A stretch of DNA of 64,000 bases. Source: an uncultured delta proteobacterium (GTDB lineage Bacteria > Desulfobacterota > Binatia > UBA9968). Of the stretch, positions 10,082-19,949 are shown piece by piece. Positions within the stretch are counted from its first letter, which is position 1. Every line of letters begins with the position of its first letter. Below the pieces are notes generated by a model, which was not told the DNA's origin, ran no database searches, and saw nothing but the letters and a program-made list of their open reading frames with translations. The stretch spans positions 64,001 through 128,000 of the forward strand of contig CAWJBB010000041.1 in assembly GCA_963840855.1 (NCBI GenBank), written 5' to 3'. Position numbers and translations under genes: made by a program.

Positions 10082-10127
10082 CCTGCGCAAGCGGGGGAGG
10101 AAATGGGAGGGGAGGTCGGAGAAACAA

Positions 10128-11105
10128 ATGGACTTTCCGCGTTACCGGCCAAGACGACTGAGACGCAATGAAAGAATCAGGACGATGGTGCGTGAAACGA
10201 GCCTCAGCCCGAAGAATCTCATCTATCCGCTATTCATCGGTCCGGGAAAGGACAAGGTTCAGCCGGTTTCGTCCATGCCCGGCGTGGCGCAATTGTCCGT
10301 AGACCGCGCGGCGCGCGAGTGCGAGGAGGCCAGCGCGTTAGGAATACCGGCGGTAATTCTCTTCGGTATTCCGGAACACAAAGATGGCGTGGGCAGCGAA
10401 GCCTACGCTGACGACGGTGTGGTGCAGCGGGCGATTCGGCTCATGAAAGAGAAAACTCCCGAGATGCTGGTGATCACCGATGTCTGTTTGTGCGAATACA
10501 CCGACCATGGCCACTGTGGGGTGATCAAAAATGGCGACGTTGACAACGACAGCACCCTGGAGTTGCTCGCGAAAGAAGCGCTGTCTCACGCCCGCGCCGG
10601 CGCCGATATTGTCGGGCCATCGGATATGATGGATGGGCGGGTCGGCGCGATTCGCAAGTCGCTCGACGAAAACGGTTTTGCGCACACCGCGATCATGGCT
10701 TACGCGGCTAAATACGCGTCGGGATTTTACGGGCCGTTTCGCGAAGCGGCGGAGTCGACACCGCAGTTCGGCGACCGCCGCTCGTACCAGATGGACCCGG
10801 CAAACGCAGATGAGGCGTTGCGGGAAGTCGAAATGGACATCCGCGAGGGCGCGGACATCGTCATGGTAAAACCGGCGATGGCCTACCTCGACGTCGTTTA
10901 CCGCGTCAAGCAGAAGTTCGGCTATCCGGTGGCTGCCTATAACGTCAGCGGCGAGTACTCGATGATCAAAGCGGCGGGGGCCAACGGCTGGATCGACGAA
11001 CAGCGCATCATGATGGAGGTTCTACTTTCGATCCGCCGCGCCGGCGCGGACATGATTCTTACCTATTTCGCCAAAGATGCGGCGCGGCTGCTGCACCGAG
11101 AATAA
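10128..11105 (+). CDS. hemB: porphobilinogen synthase
   Basis: [31 protein letters not shown]. Confidence 0.97.
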   Translation: MDFPRYRPRRLRRNERIRTMVRETSLSPKNLIYPLFIGPGKDKVQPVSSMPGVAQLSVDRAARECEEASALGIPAVILFGIPEHKDGVGSEAYADDGVVQRAIRLMKEKTPEMLVITDVCLCEYTDHGHCGVIKNGDVDNDSTLELLAKEALSHARAGADIVGPSDMMDGRVGAIRKSLDENGFAHTAIMAYAAKYASGFYGPFREAAESTPQFGDRRSYQMDPANADEALREVEMDIREGADIVMVKPAMAYLDVVYRVKQKFGYPVAAYNVSGEYSMIKAAGANGWIDEQRIMMEVLLSIRRAGADMILTYFAKDAARLLHRE

Positions 11106-11106
11106 C

Positions 11107-11180
11107 AGTTCAAAACGTTCGATTCGCGAGTGCCCTGAGACGATTTGAATGACTCGAACGTTCGAAATGGTTTGAACGGA
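11107..11180 (+). repeat. GTTCAA/TTGAAC periodic inverted repeat (degenerate)
   Basis: gttcaa aac gttcga ... ttgaat gac tcgaac ... tttgaac between convergent genes. Confidence 0.6.
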
Positions 11181-11184
11181 AATT

Positions 11185-11448
11185 CTAAATCAAATTCCAC
11201 AGGTCTTTGATTTTACGCCTGAGGGTGCGTTCGCATTCGGCTTCCCGCCCGTCGCCGTGCGCCTGGCCATAGGATAAGCGGAAGAGCAGGACACGGGCGC
11301 CTTTGCCAAGTCGGATCAAGTAAGTGTTCGAGTCAGGGTGGTCGTCGTGGACATCTACGGTGAGCTCCTTGTCAACGGTAGACGAAATACGATTCGCCCA
11401 GGCAGCGATTTCCCGCGCGGCCTCCTCGCCCTTCTTGTCGGTGAGCAT
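11185..11448 (-). CDS. hypothetical protein (87 aa)
   Basis: Protein-like ORF flanked on both sides by GTTCAA repeats. Confidence 0.6.
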   Translation of the reverse strand: MLTDKKGEEAAREIAAWANRISSTVDKELTVDVHDDHPDSNTYLIRLGKGARVLLFRLSYGQAHGDGREAECERTLRRKIKDLWNLI

Positions 11449-11457
11449 CTAAAACGT

Positions 11458-11558
11458 ATCGTTCAAGCGGTTCAAAACGTTGAAACAGTTCAAGCCGTTT
11501 TGGATTGGATGAATCGAGACGATTTGAATCGCTTGAACGGCTTGAACGATTTGAACGG
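11458..11558 (+). repeat. 9-nt periodic inverted tandem repeat
   Basis: (nnnGTTCAA)x4-5, spacer, (nnnTTGAAC)x4. Confidence 0.85.
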
Positions 11559-11560
11559 AG

Positions 11561-12558
11561 TCATTTTTTCTTATAGAGGCTGTCGATATAGCCGCTCTGG
11601 TCAAGTTCCCTGATAAAACTTGAATCGGCGAATTGTTCGGGTTTGGCGCTCTTCGCCCGCGGGTCCCGCTCCGCAATCTCGTTGAGAACCGTCTTCAAGC
11701 CCTCTAGGCTCGGGTACTGCTTTTTCGAAAATAGCGTTTCGCTCATGACGTTTTCGTAGCTCTTCTCCAGAAACTCTCGTTCTACGCCCGGCATGTGTTT
11801 ACCGATGGCACGGATGGTGGCTTCCTTGTCCGTCCACATTTTGTGCACTGCTTCAACGTGAGCCTTGACGTAGCGGCGGACTGTGTCCTGGTGCTCGCGG
11901 ATATATTTTTTGGTGGTTGCCGCGCCGGTGTGCTGAAACACCAACCCCATCTTCGCCACATCCGCGAGCACCGCGAGGCCGCGCTTTTCGGCCATGAAGC
12001 TGGAAGGAGGGTTGATGACCGCCGCGGTTACTTTGCCGGTCACCAACGCGTTGAGGCGCTCAGGTCCGCTGCCTACCTGCACGAGCGTTACATCTTTGCC
12101 CGGCGTGAGCCCCACGTTCCGCAGCGCAAAACGGGCGATGGAGTCGGTGGCCGAACCGAACCGGCTAATCGCCAGGGTTCCGCCTTTAAGTTGTTCCGTG
12201 GTTTTGACTCCTTGCCTGCCCATCAGTACGTAGTTGAGGGAAGTAATGCCAGAAGCGACGAACACCGAGTCGGAACCCGCCAGAGAACTGCTTACCAGGC
12301 CGGGTCCGGACACCTGGGTGATCGGCACATCACCGGAGACCAGCGCGAGAATGGCCGTCGTGCCGCCGGTGAAAAAAATCAACTGCACTTCCAGGCCGTT
12401 CTTGGTGAAGATGCCGCTGTCCTTGGCAACCCAGGCCGGCAACTGGTCGGCGCTGACAGCGCTATAGCCGACGTTGAGGCGGGTCATCTGTGCCGACGCC
12501 GAAAACGCGCAGCTAGAATAAACGCGAGGTAGATGGCGAAGGCGAGAAGCTTATTCAT
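11561..12558 (-). CDS. ABC substrate-binding protein NMT1/THI5-like; 1-bp frameshift near 12510 in the signal peptide
   Basis: ATG 12558 MNKLLAFAIYLAFILA.. joins AFSASAQMTRLNVG in another frame; the body is a typical SBP. Confidence 0.8.
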
Positions 12559-12625
12559 TTTTACTACGGAACCCTCCGGAAGACATATTTTGAAGAATAG
12601 TACCGAACGGGGCGGCTAGAAACAA

Positions 12626-12653
12626 GAAAGCCCCTGGCGGGGCAGGGGCTTTC
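12626..12653 (-). terminator. intrinsic terminator after cytochrome c'
   Basis: GAAAGCCCCTG/CAGGGGCTTTC stem followed by TTGTTT on the minus strand. Confidence 0.75.
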
Positions 12654-12696
12654 CTGGGAGTGAATGTTTTGCCGTTGCGACTGGACGAATGACAAC

Positions 12697-13143
12697 CTAT
12701 TCGGAGTATTTGTCGGCCCGGAAGGGTTTGTGGCAATTACCGCAAGCTCCGCTCACAGCTTTTACCTTCGCATCTACGGCTCCGGCGTCACCACTCTTGG
12801 CCGCGGCTGCGAGCTCACCAGCCGCTTTGCTCAAGTTCTTGGCGTTGGCGCCGAAATCATCCGATTTTTCCCAAATCGCCGCCGTTGCCTTGGTTTTGCC
12901 TTTGGTGCTTCCCTTTGGGAAGTGTTCGACGATTTTGTCGGCGCTGCCCATGAGATCCTTCGCTTTGGCTTCCACCGTCGCGTAGTCTTTCGACTCGACG
13001 GCGCCCTTTATCGCCTTGGCAGCGGCGCTCTGGCCTTTCATCAGTTGCTGGCGCTTCTCAATGACATCGGCCTGCGCGAACGCCTGCGAAGAGAATACCA
13101 AAGTCGTGAAGATCGCCGCCGCGATCAAAAAGTATTTGCCCAT
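12697..13143 (-). CDS. cytochrome c' (class II cytochrome c)
   Basis: Signal peptide, RQQLMK, AIW, C-terminal CGNCH. Confidence 0.9.
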   Translation of the reverse strand: MGKYFLIAAAIFTTLVFSSQAFAQADVIEKRQQLMKGQSAAAKAIKGAVESKDYATVEAKAKDLMGSADKIVEHFPKGSTKGKTKATAAIWEKSDDFGANAKNLSKAAGELAAAAKSGDAGAVDAKVKAVSGACGNCHKPFRADKYSE

Positions 13144-13185
13144 AAAGATTGATATCTCCTTTCCTTTTGTGGAATTCGTTAACGT

Positions 13186-13732
13186 CTATTTTTTGTTGAC
13201 TTTCTTCACTTCATTTAAAAGCTGTTCGGTCGAGAGCAAATCTTTCTCCGTGTTCGTCGGCCGAATGTTGAGATACTGGATCACCCCCTCTTTATCGATA
13301 ATGATGTAAGATCGTTTGGCGAGTTTTCTCGGCTCGTCATAGACGCCATACGACTGCATCACTTTACCGTCTCTATCGCTCAGTAATGGGTAGTTGATTT
13401 TGGCGAAGTCTACGAACGCCTTCTGGGAAAACGTGAGCGTTGGCGCTAATCCCTAAGACTTCAGTGTTCTCGGCCTTAAACATCGCAAGATTGTCCGAAC
13501 CGGACGCCTGCAGGTCCTTGATTCAGGTTGGACTAAAATCGAGCACGTAGAAATTGATGAGTACGTTCTTACCTTTCAGGCTACTCAATTTGAGCTTGCC
13601 ACCCGAGGTGCTGTCAAGTTCAAAATCGGGAGCGGGTTGCCCCACTTCGACGGCCGCAATAGAAGAGACCGAAAACAGTGTCATGAGGGCACCGAGCATC
13701 CCGGCCAACATCGCATTTCTAACGCGTGCCAT
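13186..13732 (-). CDS. exported peroxiredoxin (AhpC/TSA) selenoprotein, Sec at codon 70; 1-bp frameshift near 13436
   Basis: VGQPAPDFEL...FYVLDFSPT-TGA-IKDLQ...EVLGISAN, then (+1 shift) TFSQKAFVD...YPLLSDRDG...YGV...RSYIIIDKEGVI to TAG 13186. Confidence 0.85.
13485..13511 (-). promoter_or_regulatory. candidate SECIS of the peroxiredoxin
   Basis: 11 nt after TGA: GCAGG-C-GTCCG-loop GTT-CGGAC-AAT-CTTGC; loop G 22 nt downstream of TGA. Confidence 0.75.
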
Positions 13733-13771
13733 ATGAAATCTCCTTGCCAAACGTTTGTTAACGAGCGGCCC

Positions 13772-13801
13772 TTTATGCCGTACATTTGACAAATTGTCAA
13801 A
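13772..13801 (-). promoter_or_regulatory. promoter TTGACA-N17-CATAAA overlapped by perfect palindrome TTTGACAA-A-TTGTCAAA
   Basis: Seen directly 40-70 bp upstream of the peroxiredoxin start. Confidence 0.55.
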
Positions 13802-13855
13802 TTAAACTACGGGCGCTTTTGCCCTCTGCGGCCAGCTTTGCCATTATGGCTCAAA

Positions 13856-14617
13856 CTAGGGATTAAGCCTCTGGTATATCGCGTTGGCGACCTTTAAAAG
13901 CTCGTCTTTCGGCATCTCTCCGGACAGCGCATAGCTTAGACGACGGTCGAGCCAATAAAATACAGCGACCTTTCCTTGTTGGGAATATCGGAAAGCAGTT
14001 TCACGCTCTGAGCTGGGATCGGTCTTTACGTACAGGGTCAAGCGCTTGCCGCTTGGGTCCTGGTACATGAACTGCGCCACTGGTCCCTGATCGCCCGGAA
14101 GCAAGCGTCCGCCCACTAGTTCGAAGCCGAGATCGACCAGGTGCGGGACTCTGAGCTTACCGCCCAACCGCTTTGAGAGCCAGTTTACCAGGTGTTCTTC
14201 CTGCTCCGCGGTTACTTCCACGGGGTGGCGCACTTCTGGGGTGTAAACCGTATGGGCGAGGGCCGCCTGCCGGGCAAAATCAACGTCCTTTGCTGACCTG
14301 CTGGTTGTTTCTCCGCGCAGAAACCAACCCAATATTCCCCCGACAACGATCCAAGCCAGGGCCGCGGCAACGGCTTTTGCCGGGAAGGGCCAGCGGCGCG
14401 CCAAAGTTTGCCACTTCGCTGGGACAGGTTCAGCTAGCACTGGGTCGAAGAAAGCATGCAGTATCCGATTTTGCTCCTGGTAAGCTTGCACCCGCGCCTG
14501 TTCCTGTGGATTGCCGGAGAGAAAAGTTTCCACTTCGCCCCGGCGTTCCTGCGCCAGCCCGCCGTCAACATAAGCGTGTAAGTCAGTTTCTGATACGGCT
14601 GCGCTTTGGGTGGTCAT
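13856..14617 (-). CDS. transmembrane anti-sigma factor
   Basis: LHAYVDG N-terminus, one TM, HPVEV, WLSKRLG, GGRLLP; overlaps the ECF sigma stop. Confidence 0.88.
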   Translation of the reverse strand: MTTQSAAVSETDLHAYVDGGLAQERRGEVETFLSGNPQEQARVQAYQEQNRILHAFFDPVLAEPVPAKWQTLARRWPFPAKAVAAALAWIVVGGILGWFLRGETTSRSAKDVDFARQAALAHTVYTPEVRHPVEVTAEQEEHLVNWLSKRLGGKLRVPHLVDLGFELVGGRLLPGDQGPVAQFMYQDPSGKRLTLYVKTDPSSERETAFRYSQQGKVAVFYWLDRRLSYALSGEMPKDELLKVANAIYQRLNP

Positions 14618-15120
14618 TTGATCACCTTGAGTTGCGCCGCAGAACTGCCTCTGTTCATCATCGAGCGCAGTTGTTCGCGGCCGCGGGACAAACGGGACAT
14701 GACGGTGCCGATAGGCACGCCGAGGACCTTTGCTGCTTCGTCATAGGACAGCTGTTCTAACCCAATCAATAATACGACTTCCCTTTGTTCATGGGGCAAT
14801 CGCTGCAGGAATTTGTTCAGGTCGATTAACTCGAGCTGATTGTCGTGTGTCGGCGAAACTTGCAAATCAACTTCGTTATGCCCGATGCCCTGACTCGTGC
14901 GCCGTCGTCCGGCCTTGAGTTGGTTGACATAAAGATTGTGCATAATTGTGAAGAGCCAAGCGCGCAGGTCGCTGCCCGGACGCCAAAGTGCCATGCGCTT
15001 CCAACCCCTCTCGATGGTATCCTGCACTAGGTCTTCCGCCGAGGTGAAATCACCGGTCAACGCTCTTGCGTAGCGGCGTAGTTGCGGAATGTAGTTGATT
15101 ATGCCGTCAGCATCCGCCAC
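14614..15120 (-). CDS. ECF RNA polymerase sigma factor
   Basis: LRRYARAL, AEDLVQD, AWLFTIMHN, GTVMSRLSRGR; start uncertain. Confidence 0.92.
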   Translation of the reverse strand: MADADGIINYIPQLRRYARALTGDFTSAEDLVQDTIERGWKRMALWRPGSDLRAWLFTIMHNLYVNQLKAGRRRTSQGIGHNEVDLQVSPTHDNQLELIDLNKFLQRLPHEQREVVLLIGLEQLSYDEAAKVLGVPIGTVMSRLSRGREQLRSMMNRGSSAAQLKVIK

Positions 15121-15253
15121 GGTCGTCTCGACTCCTCGCTCATTATGACGCTGGCCGCGCGATCTCGCGAGAAACCTTTTCATGAGCAAACAACCCGCCA
15201 ACGGAATTTATTCCCCAAACCGGCAATTTTAGTCGCGCCGTCGGCCGCTGTTT

Positions 15254-17674
15254 CTAGCTCGCTGGTTTTAGTAAGAGCAGTGGCCAATGGCGAATTTGTT
15301 CTTCGTTGCCACTGAGTTCGATGTAGTCCTGCCTTTGCCATCGCGCCGTTTGGTCACGGAAGTGTTGAGAGAAGGGATGACCGGATTGGCCTGACGGGAG
15401 GATGAACTTTGACCGAATACTTGGCCCGGTCTCGACGATCATTCTCATGGAGGGACCGACGGTATGTTGATAAGGGTTTGAATGACGGTAAAAGCCAAGA
15501 TTGATCGTAAAGTTGTCGCCGCCAGAGGGGAAGGGCCCTACCGAGAAAACTGGACGTAAGAAGCCGATCCGGCTGAAAGCGTGATTCAAAGTCAAGGTAT
15601 GGAGCTTGCCCCACTGCCAGTGAACTTGCTCCGGACCGAGAGATTCCGTGAGTTTGGCGCAGGCCTCGGCCAGGGCCGAGCGCACCAGTTCTCCGCGTGG
15701 CCGCTCGGTAAACCAGGGTGAGGCCGGGTTACCCAGAATCTTATCGATAGGTACAATGCTCTGATTGATAATTTCGACGTAGGTAACGAAGAACTCTTCG
15801 CTCAAAGCTGGAACCAGGAGGCTCTTGATAAGCTGGTGATGAAACACATGGAAGATTGTCGCTGCGACGCTATCCGTACCGCAGTGACCGTCCCAACGAA
15901 GCAGGTAATCGGCGGCGGCCATGAGATCGCTTCCATCGGCGCGTATTGCCGCTAGCTCGGCGCTGAGGGTCGCAATTAGTTCCCTGGCGTGAAGTGAAAC
16001 AAGATCACCCTGCGTGGCTGACATGTTCTTGATTGAGTGGGTCTCGCTTGCCGCGAGCAGTTGGCGGATGCGCCGTGCACGATATGGGGGCTCGAAGAAT
16101 CCCGAAAGATAATGTTCGAAAGCGTCATCCACAATCTGATTATTGGCGTTGGCGATGGCGCCCTCAGAGGGATTGAACAGGCGCGGCAAATCGCGAAAGG
16201 GCACAAAACCTCGCCATTCATTTTCGCCGCGCCAACCCTCGCGCGGCAATACCGATGGCGCGCCGGTCCGTAGTGGAACCTTGCCGGCGAGGCTGTAGCC
16301 GATGTTTCCCAGACGGTCGGCATAGACGAAGTTTAAGCTCGGGGCGGATTGATAGGATAGCGCCTCGAGAAATTCATCCCAGTTGCGCGCGCGATTAAGA
16401 CGATAGAGACCGCTAAAATCCTGGCTCGCCTCATGGGCGGTCCAGCGCAGGCTCAAGGCTTCCGGCCCTGATAATCGCCCAGCAAAATCGCTGATCACCG
16501 GGCCGTGGCGAGTCCAGCGTACGGTTTTCTCGACCAAACCTTTCCGCCTGACGCGGATGCTTTCGCCATGGCGGTCCATCAAAAACCAGCGGCCGTCTAT
16601 TTGGTAGCGGTCAGGCTCCAACGGATGGATTTTCTCGCAATAAACGTCGACATCGTCGCACAGCGCCGCGGTAATGCCCCAGGTGATCCATCTGTTGTGC
16701 CCGACCTGGATGCCCGGACAGCCGGGTAAAGAGGCGCCCCAGACCTCGTAGCTATCATTTTGAGGTGGCTCGGCGTCGGCTTTCAAATGCATCAAGTACC
16801 AAACCGATGGCACCATCATGCGCAGGTGTGGATCGTTGCACAGAATCGCGCAGCCAGCATCGGAACGGCTCGGGCCAATCACCCAAGCGTTGCTGCCGTG
16901 CCCCGCGGGGTAACAATCGTTTGCGGCGAGCATGCCCGCGGTAAAACGCCAGAGGTGCCGCGTCGAATCCCACATAGCGTGAGTAATCGTAAAGTTGCCG
17001 TCGTAACCCAACGGATAAAGGTCGTGCAGCTTTTCCGGCTCGCCGGCGAGCTTGGCCGCGACCGCAATGGCGTTCAGGCGCGTGAACAGCGGCAGTGACA
17101 GAAGAAACGCAAAGCCTTTGCCGATTGTGAGAGTGTCCTCGGGCCGCCACGGATCGGGTGTATAATGCAGCAAGCGAAACTCCAACGGCAAACGTTTACC
17201 GCATTGCTCGATGAATCTATTAACGCCGTCGCTATAGGCTTCAAGCCGCCGCCGATCCTCCTCGCTAAGCATGCCGGCGGACGCGAGCGCGGCGCGGCGG
17301 ATGCCGATTAGGCGCATGAAATAATCGGCGTCGACGCTGTCGCAGCCGCGAAATTGGCTGGTGAGCTCTTGCCACGGAACGACAACCTGCCCGAGGATCT
17401 CGGCCAGGCGTCCCGAGAGAAAGCGCCGGTTGAAATCCATCTGCCAGAGCCTCTCCTGGGCATGCAGGTAGCCTTGCGCGAAAAATAAATCATGTTCATT
17501 CGCCGCGAAAACATGGGGAATGCCTTCGCTCTGCCAGAAGACACTCACTTGTTTTTCTAGGCCGCGAAGAGCGAGTTCGCCGCGGTAGCGCGGCAGCGAA
17601 GGTTTGGCGAGATGGCGAAGATACGGGCGGAGCAGGGCCGAAAAGACTCTAGCAGGTTGCTGAAAAAGACTCAT
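15254..17674 (-). CDS. penicillin acylase family Ntn-hydrolase
   Basis: GIPHV, AQGYLHAQERLWQMD, GSNAW nucleophile, NDPHL, GQSGHP. Confidence 0.92.
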   Translation of the reverse strand: MSLFQQPARVFSALLRPYLRHLAKPSLPRYRGELALRGLEKQVSVFWQSEGIPHVFAANEHDLFFAQGYLHAQERLWQMDFNRRFLSGRLAEILGQVVVPWQELTSQFRGCDSVDADYFMRLIGIRRAALASAGMLSEEDRRRLEAYSDGVNRFIEQCGKRLPLEFRLLHYTPDPWRPEDTLTIGKGFAFLLSLPLFTRLNAIAVAAKLAGEPEKLHDLYPLGYDGNFTITHAMWDSTRHLWRFTAGMLAANDCYPAGHGSNAWVIGPSRSDAGCAILCNDPHLRMMVPSVWYLMHLKADAEPPQNDSYEVWGASLPGCPGIQVGHNRWITWGITAALCDDVDVYCEKIHPLEPDRYQIDGRWFLMDRHGESIRVRRKGLVEKTVRWTRHGPVISDFAGRLSGPEALSLRWTAHEASQDFSGLYRLNRARNWDEFLEALSYQSAPSLNFVYADRLGNIGYSLAGKVPLRTGAPSVLPREGWRGENEWRGFVPFRDLPRLFNPSEGAIANANNQIVDDAFEHYLSGFFEPPYRARRIRQLLAASETHSIKNMSATQGDLVSLHARELIATLSAELAAIRADGSDLMAAADYLLRWDGHCGTDSVAATIFHVFHHQLIKSLLVPALSEEFFVTYVEIINQSIVPIDKILGNPASPWFTERPRGELVRSALAEACAKLTESLGPEQVHWQWGKLHTLTLNHAFSRIGFLRPVFSVGPFPSGGDNFTINLGFYRHSNPYQHTVGPSMRMIVETGPSIRSKFILPSGQSGHPFSQHFRDQTARWQRQDYIELSGNEEQIRHWPLLLLKPAS

Positions 17675-17855
17675 ATGCTTCGTTGCGCGCGATCACCTCA
17701 TAGTGACTGGAGTGCTGGAGTACTGGAGTGGCGGAATGATGGGCTCGAGCCCCAATCCTCCAATACTCCGTTACTCCAACGCTCCATTTCATTCGCGCGC
17801 CTCGCCTCTGAGATCTTTGAGCAGCCTGCAATCAGAGTTATTCAGCGGGCCGCTA
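17649..17855. mobile_element. MITE-like element with an internal 8-nt periodic hairpin
   Basis: Ends TAGCAGGTTGCTGAAAAA / TTATTCAGCGGGCCGCTA; contains (CTGGAGTr)n...(CCAnTACT-like)n at 17707-17786. Confidence 0.6.
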
Positions 17856-18455
17856 AAGAATCGTTTTAACCGATGGGCGGTCTTTCATTCTCTGCAGATA
17901 TTTGCCCAGGCGGGGCAGTGAGGGATCCGGTAACACGCCAAAACCTTCAAGCCGCGTAAAGCGCGGGATCAAGTCAGCGTCAACCAGGGAAAAATTACCC
18001 ATCAGATACTCTTTATCACCGAGTTCTTGTTCCAGACGCTGGAGCCGTTTCTTGATGTCCTCTTTTGCCGCATTGAGGGTCTCCTGGTTGCGCTCCTTTT
18101 CGTCCTTTGTCATTTCCATGCGCAACTTCGTATACGCCGAGTCCATTTGCGTCAGGCCGAAATCGACCAGGATGCGGGCTTTCGCCCGCGCCCCAGGGTC
18201 AGTGGGCATGAGCCGCGTCGCCGGATACTTTTCATCTAGATATTCATTGATGATGCAGCTTTCGTACAGAACGTTGTCGCCATCGGCGATGGCCGGCACC
18301 TTGCCGTACGGATTGATCTTAAGATAATCGGGGGTTTTTTGTTCCCCGGCGCGTAGGTCGACGTTTACGGTCTCGTAGGGGATCTTCTTTTCCTCCAGGA
18401 CGACCTTTACGCGCTGGCAGTTGGGCGACGATTTGAAATCATAAAGCTTTAACAT
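17853..18455 (-). CDS. glutathione S-transferase
   Basis: SPNCQRV, INPYGKVP, ESCIINEYL, FSLVD. Confidence 0.93.
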   Translation of the reverse strand: MLKLYDFKSSPNCQRVKVVLEEKKIPYETVNVDLRAGEQKTPDYLKINPYGKVPAIADGDNVLYESCIINEYLDEKYPATRLMPTDPGARAKARILVDFGLTQMDSAYTKLRMEMTKDEKERNQETLNAAKEDIKKRLQRLEQELGDKEYLMGNFSLVDADLIPRFTRLEGFGVLPDPSLPRLGKYLQRMKDRPSVKTIL

Positions 18456-18548
18456 CTCTGTTCTCCCTTCATAGTGACTTTTTTTTGGGTGCCTATGATT
18501 TTTACACTAAGTAGCGAGAAAAAGGCAAAGGAAAGAGGGGTGCGAAAA

Positions 18549-18767
18549 ATGGCTTGATCTGACACTGGATTGGTGCTAAGCGCATTACTCAAATTGACGA
18601 AGGGGCGCGATCTTCATTTTATCGGCGCTAAAGTCACTACGGAACGCACCGAAGTGCGACCGTATCCGGTGGACGAGGTGGAGAACAAATACCACTTTAT
18701 TCGGCATGTGGAAATGACCGAGAAGATCGAGATTCTAAGGATGAATCTGCCGGCGAGCTACAGCTAA
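18549..18767 (+). CDS. small protein, possible Sec at codon 3 (MAU...)
   Basis: GAGGGG RBS 8 nt before ATG-GCT-TGA, in frame with the 65-aa ORF 18570-18767. Confidence 0.45.
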
Positions 18768-18772
18768 ATTAG

Positions 18773-18888
18773 TCGTTCAAACGGTTTCCAGTCGTTCAAG
18801 TCGTTCAAACCGTGCGACAAGAGAATAGGTTCAAAGTGTTCAAGCACAGCGATCATTGACCGTTTGAACTGATTGAACGGTTTGAACC
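18773..18888 (+). repeat. 9-nt periodic GTTCAA/TTGAAC inverted repeat
   Basis: Multiple gttcaa units followed by ttgaac units. Confidence 0.8.
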
Positions 18889-18904
18889 TGAAAGATCATA
18901 AGAA

Positions 18905-19922
18905 ATGCAAATCGATATCGAGTTTAACTCCGGCGCGCAATTGCCAATGGATGCGATTCCCGAATTGGCCCGTTTGGCGGAGGATCATGGATTTGGCTGC
19001 GCCTGGGGTGGAGAAGCCAACAATAAAGATCCGACGGTGATGTTGAGCGCGGTGGCGGCGGTAACCAGCCGAATGAAAATCGGCTCGGCGGTTTATCACA
19101 TTCTGGGCCGGACGCCGGTTACTCTCGCGCTGCAGGCGGCGGGGCTCGATGAGCTGTCGCAGGGGCGTTTTTTGCTCGGTTTGGGGTCGTCAAACCCGAC
19201 CATCGCGCGCTGGCATGGCGTGACTATGGACCATCCCCTCGGTCGAGTTGAAGAGTATCTTGATATCGTTCAGCGCGCCATGCGCGGAGATAAGCTCGAC
19301 TTCAGCGGCAAGTATTTTACGGCCCATGCTTTCAAGATGGCGTTCAAAACGGGTGAGAATCGGATCCCTGTTTATTTGGCTGCTTTTGGCCCGAAGATGA
19401 CGCGGCTTGCCGGGCGGATTGCCGACGGCGTCTTGATCAACATGGCAAATCCCAATGAAATTCGCCGCATCGCCGGTGAGGTGAGAGCGGGCGCCAGTGG
19501 ACGCGGGAAAATTGCCGGAAGCAATCGAGATCATCTGCAAAATCCGCTGCTCCATTGCCGACCGCCACGAGGTTGCCCGCGAAGCGCTGAGCCACGCGCT
19601 GACCTACTACGCGCTGGCGGATTACTACCGCGATCTCTTCGGCCGCATGGGATTCGCCCCGGAAGTCGAGGCCATGCGCTCGGCTTGGAAATCGGGAGGG
19701 TTTCATGCGGCGCGCCAGCTTATCACGGATCGTCTTTTTGAAGGGTTGCCGTTGGTGGCAGCGACTTCGGCTCGCGAGGTCGTCGAGCAGATCAAGCCCT
19801 ACGCCGATGCGGGGGCGACGCGCATCATTTTGCCCTACGTCGCGGCATCGGATGACGTGGTCGGCGAACTCAAGAGTTTTATCAACTACTGGACTCCGGC
19901 CACTACCGGATTGGTTCAATGA
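18905..19922 (+). CDS. LLM class flavin-dependent oxidoreductase, frameshift near 19496
   Basis: AEDHGF, GRFLLGLG, YLAAFGPKM, ADGV; C-terminus continues in ORF 19497-19922. Confidence 0.85.
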
Positions 19923-19949
19923 TGTTCCAATGACGAGGAGTTGCGCGTT

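Noticed and set aside
11458-11558. GTTCAA arrays as CRISPR or LexA boxes
   Set aside because: Units are 7-9 nt with no unique spacers and no cas genes; the spacing does not fit GTTC-N7-GTTC or CGAAC-N4-GTTCG
11338-11676. ORFs with VQAVQ/LNGLN repeats
   Set aside because: Translations of the 9-nt DNA repeat that overlap real genes
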